This document shows positions 26,969-37,994 of a DNA stretch of 64,000 nt, piece by piece (position 1 is the stretch's first letter; every line of letters starts with the position of its first letter). Source of the stretch: Marsupella aquatica. Taxonomy: Eukaryota; Plantae; Marchantiophyta. Position numbers and translations under genes: made by a program. The DNA is taken from NCBI GenBank assembly GCA_973895155.1, contig OZ316899.1:16519974-16583973 (forward strand), in the 5' to 3' direction. The notes below the pieces were generated by a model, which was not told the origin of the DNA, did not search any database, and saw nothing but the letters and a program-made list of their open reading frames with translations.

Positions 26969-28293
26969 TCATGGACGACAACGCAAGGACAATTTTGGTG
27001 CATCCCACTCATACTCACACAATAACTCCTCACCAGCTCTAATGGTCCTAACAGCTACTGTCATGATATGGTCGTCCATATGTTTCACAAAATATGGATG
27101 TCTAGGTGGACCAAACATTTGAATCCACTCTACATTAGCCTCCAAACCTCTATCTCTACCTGTGGTACTATTGATGTACCCTGCTAAATTACCGTTCCGA
27201 ATAGGGTCACCATCAATCATCCGGCAATGCCACGGCCTAGTGAAGACCTCATCTGGGTCTGAGTCTATCCTCAATGCATACACCCCCCAACTTGGGTGTT
27301 GACGCAACAAAATATTCCAACTCTTGGAGTTATATACAGCCCCAATGTAAGGAAAGAGGTGCTCTCCATCATAACCACGTCTCCATGGCTTTGGAGGGAC
27401 CACAATATCCTCCAAAGCAAAAAGACCATATCCTATATCAGGACCAATAGAGGATGCCTTCACTATCCAAGGGCGACCCCATATCTGAACTGGTTCATCT
27501 GTAGGAATAAAATCTGGAAATTTGAAGAGACTTGGAGAAAAGTCCTTCAAAACTTTGGCAGCCCTACCAGTGAGATAGGATAGTCCAAACCTACCTTCAA
27601 CGCAAATATAATCTACGTTACCGGCTGGTCGATCACTAGTACCTAACACCTCCTCTCGTCTGTCTACCTGGTCCAGTGGTCCATACTGCCGTCTACGTCT
27701 ACCAGATCGTGGTCGTGTACGTAGGACCCTAGTAGTCACAACCTCAGGCCAAGAGACCGGTTCCCCCTCTACATGCTCATGTATGGGCACGGGAGTGGGG
27801 ATAGGAGCAGGTGGGCTAAGAGGCATCTGGGCAGGAGGAACTGCAAGCAACTCCCTGGCCCTTGCTAGAAACCCTTCCAACCACACAGCTTCAGGAACCA
27901 AAGGAGGTGGGGGCCTACGAGGCACCTATTTCAACACACGTACAATGGTTTTACACAAATCAATAAATTAAGTAGTGCCAGGATGTAAATGCAAGATAAT
28001 TAAGCAATACCCTAAATTGGAATGCATACATGGAATGAATAGGGGACATAAACATATCTGTACCTGGCTAGGCAAATACCCTGGCATATCACCCTCGTGG
28101 CGGCCATAGTTCTCGATGTGCTCACAAGTCTCCCACGCATGTCGAACCACAAGTCCCTTACATCTCACACACCAGCAAGGTAGGGTCCTAGTGGAGCACG
28201 AGGACGATCTGGAGGAGGGGGTGGAGGAACCTCCCCCTCAGACGAGCTTGTGTCCGAGTCTGAATCTGACGTGGAACTATCAAAAGTAGACAT
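26969..28293 (-). pseudogene. SET-domain protein fused to a transposase-associated Zn domain; exons ~28293-28064 and 27925-26969
   Basis: Exon 2 has SSIGPDIGYGLFALEDI, PYIG, GNLAGYINST..ANVEW and AVRTIRAGEELLCEY (SET motifs). Exon 1 has (P)CWCVRC...HIENYG after a 1-bp frameshift. The GT-AG intron 28063-27926 is phase 0. Confidence 0.8.
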
Positions 28294-29258
28294 CTGCATG
28301 CATGAAGTACACTCTGAATTCATGTAAGCTGCATAAAAGAAGACAAGTGTTGGAGTATCAAAATAGAATTAATTAATGCATGAGATACAAAAGTCCTGTT
28401 GTACCTCAATGATACCCGCGCTTTGCCAGCCTACTGTGTCGTATTTTCTACACACAAGGTGTGGGACATCCAAGATCTCTGCATATATGGGTGAGCATTT
28501 TGCTAATGAGCATACATAATCTGTAAGTGCGAAAGAGTGTAGGAAGAACACACCACATATAAAAAAATTCCAACATACAAATTAAGTGTAAATGATGCGG
28601 CTCGTGAAGCGGGGACATCATACCTCCTGGATGCGCGGTCTCACACTATGCATAGTGCATTGTCCAAAACAAAACCTATCTACCCCCTCACAAACATTGA
28701 ACCACCCCTCCAAACGCAAGGTACTGTGCATCAAATCCACACAACCATTAGCCTAGCTAATATATGGAGGTTGAACCTTATCCTAAGAAAAGGTGTAACC
28801 TTATCCTAGTAAAACCCCATAACCCTAAGCCCATAAACCCCTCCAAAGAAATGATCCAAATAGCTTTCACCAAGAAATGGTTCGTACAAAAACTTCTTGT
28901 AGTATTTTGTCTATCATATATCATAGTATTGAGTTCCCATCACCACAACCATCCCTAAACTTGCAAGGAACTTGCAAGAGGACATCATACCTCTTGGATG
29001 CACAGTTTCATGCATAGTGCATTGTCCAAAATCGAAACTTCCCTACCCCCTCAAAAAAAGTTAACCACCCCTCCTAAAGCAAGGTACTACACATCAAATC
29101 CAAACACAAAGATTAGCCTAATGAAGGGGTTTAATATTATCCTAACAAAAGGTATAATGTTATACTAATAAAACCTCGACGTACACCCATAATCCCCTAT
29201 AAAGAAATGAAACAAAAGGCTTTCACCCGAAAATGGTTCATACAAAAAACTTCTTGTA

Positions 29259-32200
29259 TGTTGTAGCTCATCAACAACTAACTCCTTTATTCATTCCTCT
29301 TCCAATACATATAGTCCCTTAGGCAGGTAGGGTAGTTAGGCGGTTAGTCTTAACCAACTGTGGTAGGTCTAACCTTAGTTAGGCTAGAGTTAACTCGGGT
29401 TACAACACTCCCCCTTGGGTGTAACATGGTCTTGGGAAGGAATGTTGCACCCACATTTAGTTTACTCTAGGTGGTGGGAATGTAACCTCATTAAAACCCC
29501 CCCTCCTTTCTTGTGGGGGGAAAGAGTGTTACCATTCCTTCTTAAAAATGTAATTCGTAAGTGTAATTGTGTTGTGTTAGTGGTAAATTACTTGTAAAGT
29601 CTAGTGTAGGTAATAGGAATGAAGTGTAAACGCCCTAATGTATTTGCGGATTGTGTGGTCGATTGTTTCGTTTGTGAGTAGGGAGCTCTTCGGTTCGAGT
29701 GGGGGAAGATTCGCTTTCGATTGCTTCACGTTGTAAGTGGATTCGGAGATGGAGGTCGGGCGAATCTCCCCCTGAAGGTTGCCAGTTGAGCTTCTCACTG
29801 TCGATGGTCGAATCGATGTTGGTTCTTGTTTCTCCCAGGTTCGTTGTTGCGGCTCCTCCATGTTCTAAGTGCTTCACCGAGTGATTCTTTGTGACCTGGC
29901 GTACCTGTGATGTCGTGTCTGCATTCCGATCATTGTGTCTCGAGTTTATTGATTCGATCCGGTCTGCAGTTGAGATAGGCTTCGCATCCCTATCGAGTGT
30001 GTATGCTGGTTGTGTAGATTCGGTGGGAGTGCTTTCGTAAACATGTCTGCAGAGTTGGATTCGCTAGAGATCCACTGAACTGCGATGCTTTTGTTCTGCT
30101 GCTCGTGAGTAAAGAAAAACTTAGGTGCAATGTGTTTCGTTCTGTCTCCCTTGATGAACCCTGCTTGGATTTGATCGACACACGGTCTATTGTCTTCATA
30201 GAGTTGTGTGGGTGTGGTCAATCTCGGTATGCCTGTGTTTTCGTGTATGTGGTTGATCACATTGCGTAGCCATATGCATTCCCGGCTCGCCTCGTATAAT
30301 GCGATTATTTCGGAGTGGTTTGACGAGGTTGTGGTCAATGTTTGCTTGTTGCTCCTCCATGAGATGGCCGTATTGCCCATCAGGAACACATACCCTGTCT
30401 GTGATTTCGCATCTGCGGGGTCCGACAGGTATCCTGCATCCGCGTACCCGGTAAGTAAGTAAGTATCATGCTTGGGGTAGAATAAGCCGAGGTCTGTCGT
30501 GCCTCTTAAGTATCTGAAGATTCTTTTAATGCCGTTCCAGTGTCTTATGGTTGGCGTTGCGCTATGGCGTGCCAGTAGGTTCACTGAGAATGCCAGATCG
30601 GGTCTTGTCTGGTTAGCGAGGAACATCAGGACCCCTATTGCAGATAGGTATGGTTTGTCTGAGCCAAGTAGTGGCTCGTTCTCGTTCCTCTTCCGGAAAA
30701 TGTCCTTGTCCATATCCAATGAGCGAATGTCCATTGGGGATTTGACTGGTTTGGACTGATGCATATTGAATTGCTTCAGTATTTTTCTTGTATAAGTAGA
30801 TTGGTGCAGTAGGATTCCATTTGGCAGATGTTCGAATTGTAGGCCGAGGCAGAAAGTAGTCTGTCCCAAGTCTCGCACCTCAAATGCCTTTTTCAGTAAT
30901 TGGATAGTTTCCAGCATGATTCGGCTGGTCCCGAATAAGTTCAGGTCATCCACATATATTGCAATGATTATAACTTCACGTCCTTCCTGCTTGAGGAATA
31001 TGCAAGGTGTGATATCTGAATTTTTAAATCCCATGGTTAACATTTCAGATTTAAATCTCTTATACCAAGTTAGGCCGCTCTGTTTCAGGCCATACATGGA
31101 GCGAAGGACTTGCACTGCAAAACGAGTTTGCTTGGTGAGCATTTGCTTTGAAGAAGCTTTTAGTGCAATTGATTTGGCTATTGTATGTAGTACTGCCTCA
31201 TTGGTGTGATCGAATTTGCTTTTCTCAGTGTGATCTAGTCTCATGGGTGTCTGCTCCCCCTGGCAGTGGTGTTCCACACGTTGTATCAACTCGGGTGGTG
31301 CTTCCATGTGTATAACTGTGTCCAGGTGCCCATATAAGTATGCCGTCACTATGTCCAGTTGGTGCATGGATAAGTTGTGGTACTGTGAAAAGGTGATTAG
31401 GTAGCGGTAAGTGATGGCGTCCATCACTGGGGAGTACTGTACGTCTATGCCTGTAGCAGTGCAAAAGTCTTCAAAGGTTTTGGAGGTAAATTCCCCTGCA
31501 TTGTCCACTCTGATTGTCTGGATCTGGTTATCCGGGAATTGTGCTCTTAGTTTCAAGATGTGAGCCAGTAAGCGAGGGAAAACTAGATTTCTTGTGGATA
31601 GGAGTGAGATTTGGGACCATTTAGTTGAGGCATCTATTACTGCTAGGTAAAAGCGGAATGGGCCACTAGGGGGGTCGATCGGTCCACATACATCTGCGTG
31701 GATCCGTTCCAGAAAGTTGGGGATTCTGGTTCCAGGTGAGGGCCTTATTATCAGTTTACCTTGTGAACAGGCAAGGCATGGTCCGAGCATAGATGTGGGG
31801 TGTACTGTAGGCGGTATGCCCTTGGTCTGTTTAACGATTCTCTGGAACATGTTAAGGCCCGGGTGCCCAAGTCTCCTGTGCCAGATCTCTGTGATGGGGT
31901 TTTGTGGCTTTTGATTCTCTGGCTCGGTATGGAAGCTGTGTATGTTGGTAGTATAAAAGCCGGGGTGATGGGCTTTTAGTGTTTCCAGGATCCCATTGTT
32001 CTGTGGAGTCTTGGATGTGATATGTAGGACTTCGAGTTTGTTGGAAGTCCCAGTTTGGATATGCAGATCATTGGCTCTTATGTCTCCAAAACTTAGGAGG
32101 TTCCTGGTGGCTTTGGGTGCGTATATGGCAGAGTGTATCTTTATCACTGTGCCTTGTGGTAATGTGACGGTTGCAGGTCCGTAGCCCTCCTCTAACTGAT

Positions 32201-32973
32201 GTTGGCCCATTATGGTGGTGACCTTTCGCTGTGATGGGGTTATGTGGGTAAAGTATTCCTTATTTTTCAGAATTGAATGTGAGGTCCCACTATCGACTAT
32301 ACATGAGTGAGGATTGTAGGTCATCCCATAGTAGCCGGGGATTGAATTCGTTCATGTATTGTTTCTTCAATGGCTCGCATAGATGGTGCCGAATTAGTAT
32401 TAAGGCCTTCGCCTTTTGTGGGAGAGTAGTTCCCGCATCTGTAATGATCGTGTCTATTTCAGAGGTTGAAATAGGAGTTTCTCGATGGAGTTAGTGGGTA
32501 CAGCCATCTTCTATCAATTGGTCAATTGATCCTGTGATAATAACAATATATCCGTTCGCACTTGACTGAGTGATGATGTGGGGCTATGTCCCTTCTTGAG
32601 TCGTTGTCTCTCAAGTTGAATTCCTGGGTCTGCCTCCGCTTCTTCTATTGTCAGCCCCCTCAAATCCCAATCCGTGGAATCGTGGTCAAATTATACCACT
32701 CCCGATCGATCTGCTGCCCGAAAAATTAGTTTCTATGGTGCTGAATCAATCGCCTTGGCATGAATGTCCCTCTGAAGCTTGTTTGAAAAAAAAAGTTCTC
32801 GTTGCAGACATCGTGCTGATAACGTGTTGTAGCTCATCAACAACTAACTCCTTTATTCATTCCTCTTCCAATACATATAGTCCCTTAGGCAGGTAGGGTA
32901 GTTAGGCGGTTAGTCTTAACCAACTGTGGTAGGTCTAACCTTAGTTAGGCTAGAGTTAACTCGGGTTACAACA
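29259..32973 (-). mobile_element. Ty1/copia element (Bianca-like), internally deleted, very young
   Basis: 149-bp LTRs at 29259-29407 and 32825-32973, identical by eye. TSD TTGTA, PPT AAGGGGGAG and PBS CGTTATCAGCACGA. Confidence 0.95.
29946..32324 (-). CDS. pol: Copia pol (protease, partial integrase, partial RT, RNase H) with an in-frame internal deletion
   Basis: DSGTSH, WHRRLGHP, RVDNAGEF, then directly YSPVMDAITYRYL, LDIVTAYL, YGLKQSG, YVDDL, YADAGY and ADMFTKAL. Confidence 0.9.
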   Translation of the reverse strand: MTYNPHSCIVDSGTSHSILKNKEYFTHITPSQRKVTTIMGQHQLEEGYGPATVTLPQGTVIKIHSAIYAPKATRNLLSFGDIRANDLHIQTGTSNKLEVLHITSKTPQNNGILETLKAHHPGFYTTNIHSFHTEPENQKPQNPITEIWHRRLGHPGLNMFQRIVKQTKGIPPTVHPTSMLGPCLACSQGKLIIRPSPGTRIPNFLERIHADVCGPIDPPSGPFRFYLAVIDASTKWSQISLLSTRNLVFPRLLAHILKLRAQFPDNQIQTIRVDNAGEFTSKTFEDFCTATGIDVQYSPVMDAITYRYLITFSQYHNLSMHQLDIVTAYLYGHLDTVIHMEAPPELIQRVEHHCQGEQTPMRLDHTEKSKFDHTNEAVLHTIAKSIALKASSKQMLTKQTRFAVQVLRSMYGLKQSGLTWYKRFKSEMLTMGFKNSDITPCIFLKQEGREVIIIAIYVDDLNLFGTSRIMLETIQLLKKAFEVRDLGQTTFCLGLQFEHLPNGILLHQSTYTRKILKQFNMHQSKPVKSPMDIRSLDMDKDIFRKRNENEPLLGSDKPYLSAIGVLMFLANQTRPDLAFSVNLLARHSATPTIRHWNGIKRIFRYLRGTTDLGLFYPKHDTYLLTGYADAGYLSDPADAKSQTGYVFLMGNTAISWRSNKQTLTTTSSNHSEIIALYEASRECIWLRNVINHIHENTGIPRLTTPTQLYEDNRPCVDQIQAGFIKGDRTKHIAPKFFFTHEQQNKSIAVQWISSESNSADMFTKALPPNLHNQHTHSIGMRSLSQLQTGSNQ

Positions 32974-33705
32974 TTGTAGTATTTTCTTGATCCTATATTA
33001 CATATCATAGTATTGAGTTCCCATCACCACAACATAACCACCCCTAAAACACCAAGACTCTATACACAATTGCATCATTAATTAGAGCCCAATATATTAA
33101 GCATGCAAGACCATAGCTTATCAAAAAAATTACATAGTCCGGTACAAACCCCAAAATTTGTTCTCCGCAACAAAGAAACTTGCAAGAGGTCCCTCTACAT
33201 GCATGACACGTTCACTGTCCCGTTCACATATGTAGAGCCCTACAAAACGCGGATTCAAATATGAAAGCAAATAATAACTCCAACCATGTGCCCTTACCCC
33301 ATACAAAACCTAAATATCCTAAATTATACTCTAAACCCTCCAATCCCATACCCAACCCAAATTCAAAACATTATATTGGACTCCCTTTGGGAAAGCCAAG
33401 AGGTATCCGATATAACTTCATGAGGGGTCCGATGCAATAGGAAACGGGCCACACTTGGTAAATACACGACCACAAGAAAAGGACGAGGGGTCCAAAGCAG
33501 ATAGTTTCGGAAAGTCCGATTGCGTGTCCGATACCTTTGGTTTCGCAAAGTCCGAAACAGAAAGAATCGGAAGCAGCAGGTTTTGTTTTGGAAAAAAGAA
33601 CCGATGCAGGTGCGAAGACCCGCGCGTCGGGCCCCGTTTCGCACTTGGTGTTTTTCAAAAATTTTGAAGTTGGATCAAGGAGGAGAGCTTGAAGGAGGAG
33701 GAGAG

Positions 33706-36056
33706 ATGGAGGGGGGCGAGGGATCAGGTGGTGGGGGAGACCAAGGGGGATCAGGTGGTGGTGGAGAGCAAGGGGGACCGTCCCAGCCATACAATGAAGT
33801 TATGAGGGACATTTTCGTGGCCAAGGCAGGGCTGAGTGTGGAGGACGCGGAGAGAGTAGTCCCACTCCTCCAAACGCTGATTGATGCCTCTCGGCGTGAG
33901 GCAGAGAACACTGCTGTTGCAAGCATTGCAAGTGAGAAGGAGGCAAAGAAGAGGAAGAAAGAGGCAAAGAGAGGCAAGGGGGATGCAGAGGAGACACTGT
34001 CTCCAAGAAAACGAGAGAAAAAGCTTCGAAAAGAAGCTAGGGCAATTGAGAAGGTGCAATTGGAGGAGCAGAGGCAAAAGGAGGCAGAGAGAGCTCTCAG
34101 GCCTGAGCTAGCTCTCAATTCGGGTGGTGGTCCATTGCCTAAGAGCTACCATCTATTCCGAAGCCAATTCAAGTAGGTGCTGAGGGCCAATTTGGGGCCA
34201 CTAGATTACTGGGGCAAGAAGAAGGAGGAAGAGAGATTGAGAATCAGAGAGCAGGTGAAGGAACGGTTCAGGAACGGGGCCTACATTGATGACAGGTTCC
34301 TAAACAAATGAATTTCAGCATCACTCTCAGACATGCGCAATCATCAGCAAGAGAAATTCAGAAAGTACCTTGGAGATATGGTAGTGGATGCAGAGGTGAT
34401 CAGGGAGGAGGGTTGTCCAGACGATGTTTCCCCGGATGAGTGGGCGGCTTGGCTTGAGGAGGAACTCTCAGTCCATGCCTGGCTGAAAAGAAGACATTGG
34501 GACAACGAAATTAGGCTGGCAGAGGAGAAGCGAAAGGTTGGGGAGAATGTTGATATCCTCCCCCTTCAACAGAACCTGCAACAATGGGCAACTCAAGCAG
34601 CAAGACTCCCCAAACCACCAAGGCACATCATAGCAGCATTGGAGAGAGTGTAGGGGAGGCCAACCATCACTCACCGGATGGGGCAAGGCGGCTCAAATCG
34701 ATTGAAGGCTGAGTTTGTAAGTGCCCTCCCTCTCCTCCCCACCTCGACTCCCTGATCACCTGACTCCTCGCACGAAGAATGAGTTGTTTGTGCCTTATGT
34801 CTTTTGTTTAAACCCTTTGCAAAACTCATTTTTGCTCTCGGCCCTGTTCTTTCCGATACTCATCCGATAGGTTTTGCATCGGAAGCAGCATCGAACACAA
34901 TGTCATGCCATTTTTCTTGTTATGCATCCGATAGACGTCCGATGCAGGATGTATCAGACTTTGCATCGGACCCCTCGGCAAAACATTTAAATTTTTGAAT
35001 GAACGTACTTAACGTTAATTTTTTACTAGGGTAGAGTAAAGTTAGGGTGAACTATGGTTTAAGGTTACATTAGGGCTATGTAGGGTGGCTTGGTTTAGGG
35101 TAGGGCACGCTAATACTAGATTTTATATTAACCTGGCCTCTATGGTTTGGATCTTTAAATTTCAGGAGCGGGAGTATGGTCGCCCTATTGCACCGTTGGA
35201 GAGGAATTTGGCAAAGACGGATGGACCCCGCGCTCTAAAGCGCCACCTTGAGGATGAGTTGGGAGAGGTAAGTGTTCACCCTAGGGTGATATAATGTTTA
35301 AGGTTGTCATGAATTTGTTAGAGTTATGGTCGGGACCATTCATTCTAACTGCAATTAAACCCTATTGCACAGGATGAGGAGGGGTCTGGGTCGGAGGAGT
35401 TGGACTCAGATTCTGAGCAGGATGTTGAGGCAGGGTTGGGGAGGGTGCCCACAGTCACCCCTACTCCTCAAGTCCGAGGTGTTGTTGCCCTATTTGGTGC
35501 CGTTGCCCCATCAGCAGGGAGGGGTGGGTCACATGCTGCTGATGGTGTGGGCTCCCATCGCTCTGGAGCATCACGGGGTGCGGGGCCCAGGCACTCAGGG
35601 GGTAGTAGAGGTAATGGCATGGGACGAGGCGATCGCGTAGGAGTATCTGGTGCAAGTGGCCCTTCCCGACGAGGTAGTGGCGACGTGCCGGATGGTGGAT
35701 CTAGAGGGCCCGCACCATCTCGTGAGTCTGGTGGGAGTACAGCACGACATGGGCCACCCACAGGATCTGTCGGCGCACCATCCCATCACTCTAGCAGGTC
35801 TGCGGGAGGAGCTGAGGCGTCCTTTCGCTCTGCCATGTCGGGGGTTGGTGGGACATCTACCTTGCCTGACCACCCTAGCAGTGCATCTAGTGGGTCAGGG
35901 TCTAGGCCTGCATCAGGCCAACCCATGCCATCTGGTGAGCAGGTGGCTGCCACGGTTGTGGGCAGCCAGAGGGAGGAGGGCTCTCATGATGCTAGACCTG
36001 TACCCACCCTTCGTTCTCGCCCAAAGAAGAAGAAGGGACGCAACACACCTTTTTAG
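33706..36056 (+). pseudogene. CACTA TnpA-like accessory gene, spliced (~33706-34716, 35166-35267, 35373-36056), with in-frame stops
   Basis: Divergent to the transposase inside the TIRs. CPDDVSPDEW and HRMGQGG motifs resemble En/Spm TnpA-type proteins. GT-AG boundaries present. Confidence 0.65.
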
Positions 36057-37994
36057 AGGTTAGTTGCATTTAGGTGGCCGGGTATCTAGTGCTAGACAAC
36101 TTTGATTAGACACTCACTAGGAGGTACCTTGTATATAGCTCAGTGTAGTCTCTAGTCAAAGCTCTCTTTACATCTTCTATCGTGCCATCACGACCAGGAT
36201 GGGTCTACCCAGTAGGCCTAATCCATTTTGTACATATTGGGGTGATCCCCTTTTTGAATATGATATTTGACCTCGTGTTTATAGCATTATCTTTGGTTCC
36301 TAATTGGTGTATGTCACCTTCAACCCTAAACCAATACCCAAACCCCCAAAAAACCACCCATGAAACCCTGTATTCCACCCCCAGAACATTTGATAATCCG
36401 TTGCAAGTCCGTTACCATCCGTATTGGTAATATAGCAGTGTCCGATGTTGCTGCCTTCAAACTTTCCCATCCCCAACGCATCGGACCCCTCCTTCAAGGT
36501 TCCCATCTTAAACATATTGGATAGTCTGATACAAAAACTAACGCACTTTCTGTTATTATAAATAACGCAATGTCCGATGAAAATTACTTCGCAAATTGCC
36601 ATATCAAATATATCGGACATCCCGATCTAAATAGTATCGGACATAGGAAATCGTTGTGTGCTGTCGCGTGTTAGTTATCCGATTCATTTTACATCGGACA
36701 TAAAATATCCGTAACACGTTACAACGGAACGTCCGTTGTCCAAAATATCGGAAAGTCCGATGGAAGTCCGATGGTCAATTATGCGATGGTTTACGCATCG
36801 CAAAGTGCGTTGGGAATTGCATTGGATGATAGAAATTTTTGTGTCAATTTTCCTGAAGGGATCCGATGTAAATCCTATCGAATAAAGGCCCGAAAATGTA
36901 CTAGTGATGAAATACCTTGAGCAAGCAACCTAGTGCCCCTTGCACCGCCAGCGGCCCCTCCCATATGAAGTCGCACTTGCTCGCTAACACGACCGCTACT
37001 CAACGGTCCTCCCTATCTGCACAAGCAACCAAGCACCCTTTAGGATCTAGAACTCGCCAAGTCTAGCATCCTAACTCAAGCTCAACAGACGTTGGTAAAT
37101 AGGTCAGCAATAGGTCCTCCCGATGCCATAAGCCGGAACCAGAACTTACGCCCACTGTTTGTCCAGAACAGCTCCTTCCTTGGGCGCGGCCCAGGTTCCC
37201 CCTCATACCTATCCATCACCAACTGACCGCCCTGACCTCAGGACGGGTATGACTACCATGCGAGGAAACAGGAAAAAATCTTCTCGTAACAGTAATTTTT
37301 TTGCTGTTGCGAGTAAAAAAACTCCTTGTAATGGGTCTTTTTTTCCTCATACCAAGGTTTGAACTTGTTGGCCGCTAGTAACAGCAAGCCTCGCTAGCAA
37401 AAACCCATCCAACAGTCTGTTCATATTTGAATCATTACTATTTCCCTAATAAACCTTTCGAGTTAAGTATGTCAATGTAACTTTTTTTTAGAACAAGTCG
37501 GACACCGAAATAGACATAAAGATCATCACCAAAGCACTTGGAAATGAGTTTAACTTTCAATTTGAATATGGGTCTGGACATTGGGAGTCATCGGTATCTC
37601 AGATAAACATACAAAATTGGCACCATAACCAACTTACAAGGTTGGCAGTAATTTCAGGGAGAACTACCAACTGTTAAAAAAGCCAAGTCTATAAAGACAT
37701 GATATCCAACCTTATCGGGGCAACATGACTGTTTTCTCAGTGAGTAACAAACCAGGGTCCAAACATCAACCAGTTACAAACTTTTCCAAAAATATAGCTA
37801 GCGACCTCGCTAGCAAAACTGATCAACCAATATCTGGTGTTTTATATATAAATTAAAGGTCATTTCATATAGAGTGGAAATATCATGTCTCCTACCAGCA
37901 CAAAAAATGTCTACTCCCAACGGTACTTAAATATATATAAAAAACCAATGAAAACCTTAAATTAAAACCAAACCTCACTCTAAATTGGACAATC

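Larger units (their letters stand above)
28612..33045. repeat. ~370-bp tandem duplication inside the CACTA; the second copy is split by the copia
   Basis: GGACATCATACCTC..GGATGC at ~28612 and ~28980. The ...CTTCTTGTAGTATTTT...CCCATCACCACAAC segment recurs across the copia insertion site. Confidence 0.75.
22859..36906. mobile_element. CACTA (En/Spm) DNA transposon, complete ends
   Basis: Perfect 14-bp TIR CACTAGTACATTTT at both ends, 3-bp TSD ATG (22856-22858, 36907-36909) and TCCGATA subterminal arrays. Confidence 0.97.
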
